Position numbers and translations under genes: made by a program
Shown: in pieces, positions 63,501-64,000 of the stretch
How positions within the stretch are numbered: position 1 is the stretch's first letter
Layout: the number at the start of each line of letters is the position of its first letter
Source: Balanoglossus misakiensis
Taxonomy: Eukaryota; Animalia; Hemichordata
DNA length: 64,000 nt
Direction: 5' to 3'
Assembly: GCA_040954595.2 (NCBI GenBank)
Contig: CM082593.2
Coordinates: forward strand, 8,501,100 to 8,565,099
The notes under the pieces: model-generated
Databases searched by the model: none
What the model was told of the DNA's origin: nothing
Seen by the model: only the letters and a program-made list of their open reading frames with translations

Positions 63501-64000
63501 TTCCACTTTTTGTAAGTGAAGCCTGACTGTCGCCTGTCTTAGGTCACCACTTCACAAGCGGTCTTACCCGTCATGGGCACAAACAGTCTCAGGAAGTAAG
63601 CTTTCAGCCTACCAATGTAGCTATTATATTTTCCACTTTTTGTAAGTGAAGCCTGACTGTCGCCTGTCTTAGGTCACCACTTCACAAGCGGTCTTACCCG
63701 TCATGGGCACAAACAGTCTCAGGAAGTAAGCTTTCAGCCTACCAATGTAGCTATTATATTTTCCACTTTTTGTAAGTGAAGCCTGACTGTCGCCTGTCTT
63801 AGGTCACCACTTCACAAGCGGTCTTACCCGTCATGGGCACAAACAGTCTCAGGAAGTAAGCTTTCAGCCTACCAATGTAGCTATTATATTTCCACTTTTT
63901 GTAAGTGAAGCCTGACTGTCGCCTGTCTTAGGTCACCACTTCACAAGCGGTCTTACCCCGTCATGGGCACAAACAGTCTCAGGAAGTAAGCTTTCAGCCT
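33576..64000. repeat. 130-bp tandem satellite array, ~240 monomers, runs off the window end
   Basis: Monomer GCGGTCTTACCCGTCATGGGCACAAACAGTCTCAGGAAGTAAGCTTTCAGCCTACCAATGTAGCTATTATATTTTCCACTTTTTGTAAGTGAAGCCTGACTGTCGCCTGTCTTAGGTCACCACTTCACAA. Most copies differ by 0-3 bases; about 15 are 75-bp deletion monomers. Confidence 0.99.

Noticed and set aside
51880-63960. Scattered 1-bp indels in late satellite monomers as real variants
   Set aside because: Mostly singletons in homopolymers, more consistent with consensus errors.
33576-64000. CRISPR array
   Set aside because: No unique spacers, no cas genes, eukaryotic context.
33576-64000. Hammerhead or twister ribozyme (retrozyme) satellite
   Set aside because: No CUGANGA...GAAA core with flanking helices on either strand. 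The AAAAGUGGA and CCUAAG resemblance to twister lacks the required pairings.
33576-64000. Tandem SL RNA, snRNA, 5S or tRNA gene array
   Set aside because: GTAAG and ACTTTTTGT look donor- and Sm-like, but there is no room for a promoter, no recognisable family sequence, and 55-bp deletions are tolerated.

Overview
Eukaryotic, intron-rich, AT-rich genomic DNA, probably from an invertebrate animal (gene content and repeat landscape suggest a marine deuterostome; inference only). The first 33.5 kb holds four genes or gene fragments. (1) A disrupted 3' fragment of a Golgi alpha-mannosidase II (MAN2A-like, GH38) gene on the minus strand. (2) A complete 7-exon LRMDA gene (minus) with a U12-type AT-AC intron. 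(3) A head-to-head TGN38/TGOLN2-KCT2-family type I membrane protein gene (plus) with about 39 GYEQP repeats and two tandem-duplicated alternative terminal exons, one TGN46-like and one KCT2/C5orf15-like. (4) The 3' exons of a CMGC-like protein kinase gene (minus). Introns and intergenic DNA contain many non-autonomous DNA transposons (Kolobok-like with TTAA, AcademH-like with 9-bp TSDs, hAT-like, Tc1/pogo-like) and a truncated L2/CR1 LINE. From 33,576 to the window end is a very homogeneous 130-bp satellite (about 240 monomers) with higher-order structure, apparently inside an intron of the kinase gene. All homology calls come from manual translation and recalled family sequences; no database search was run.
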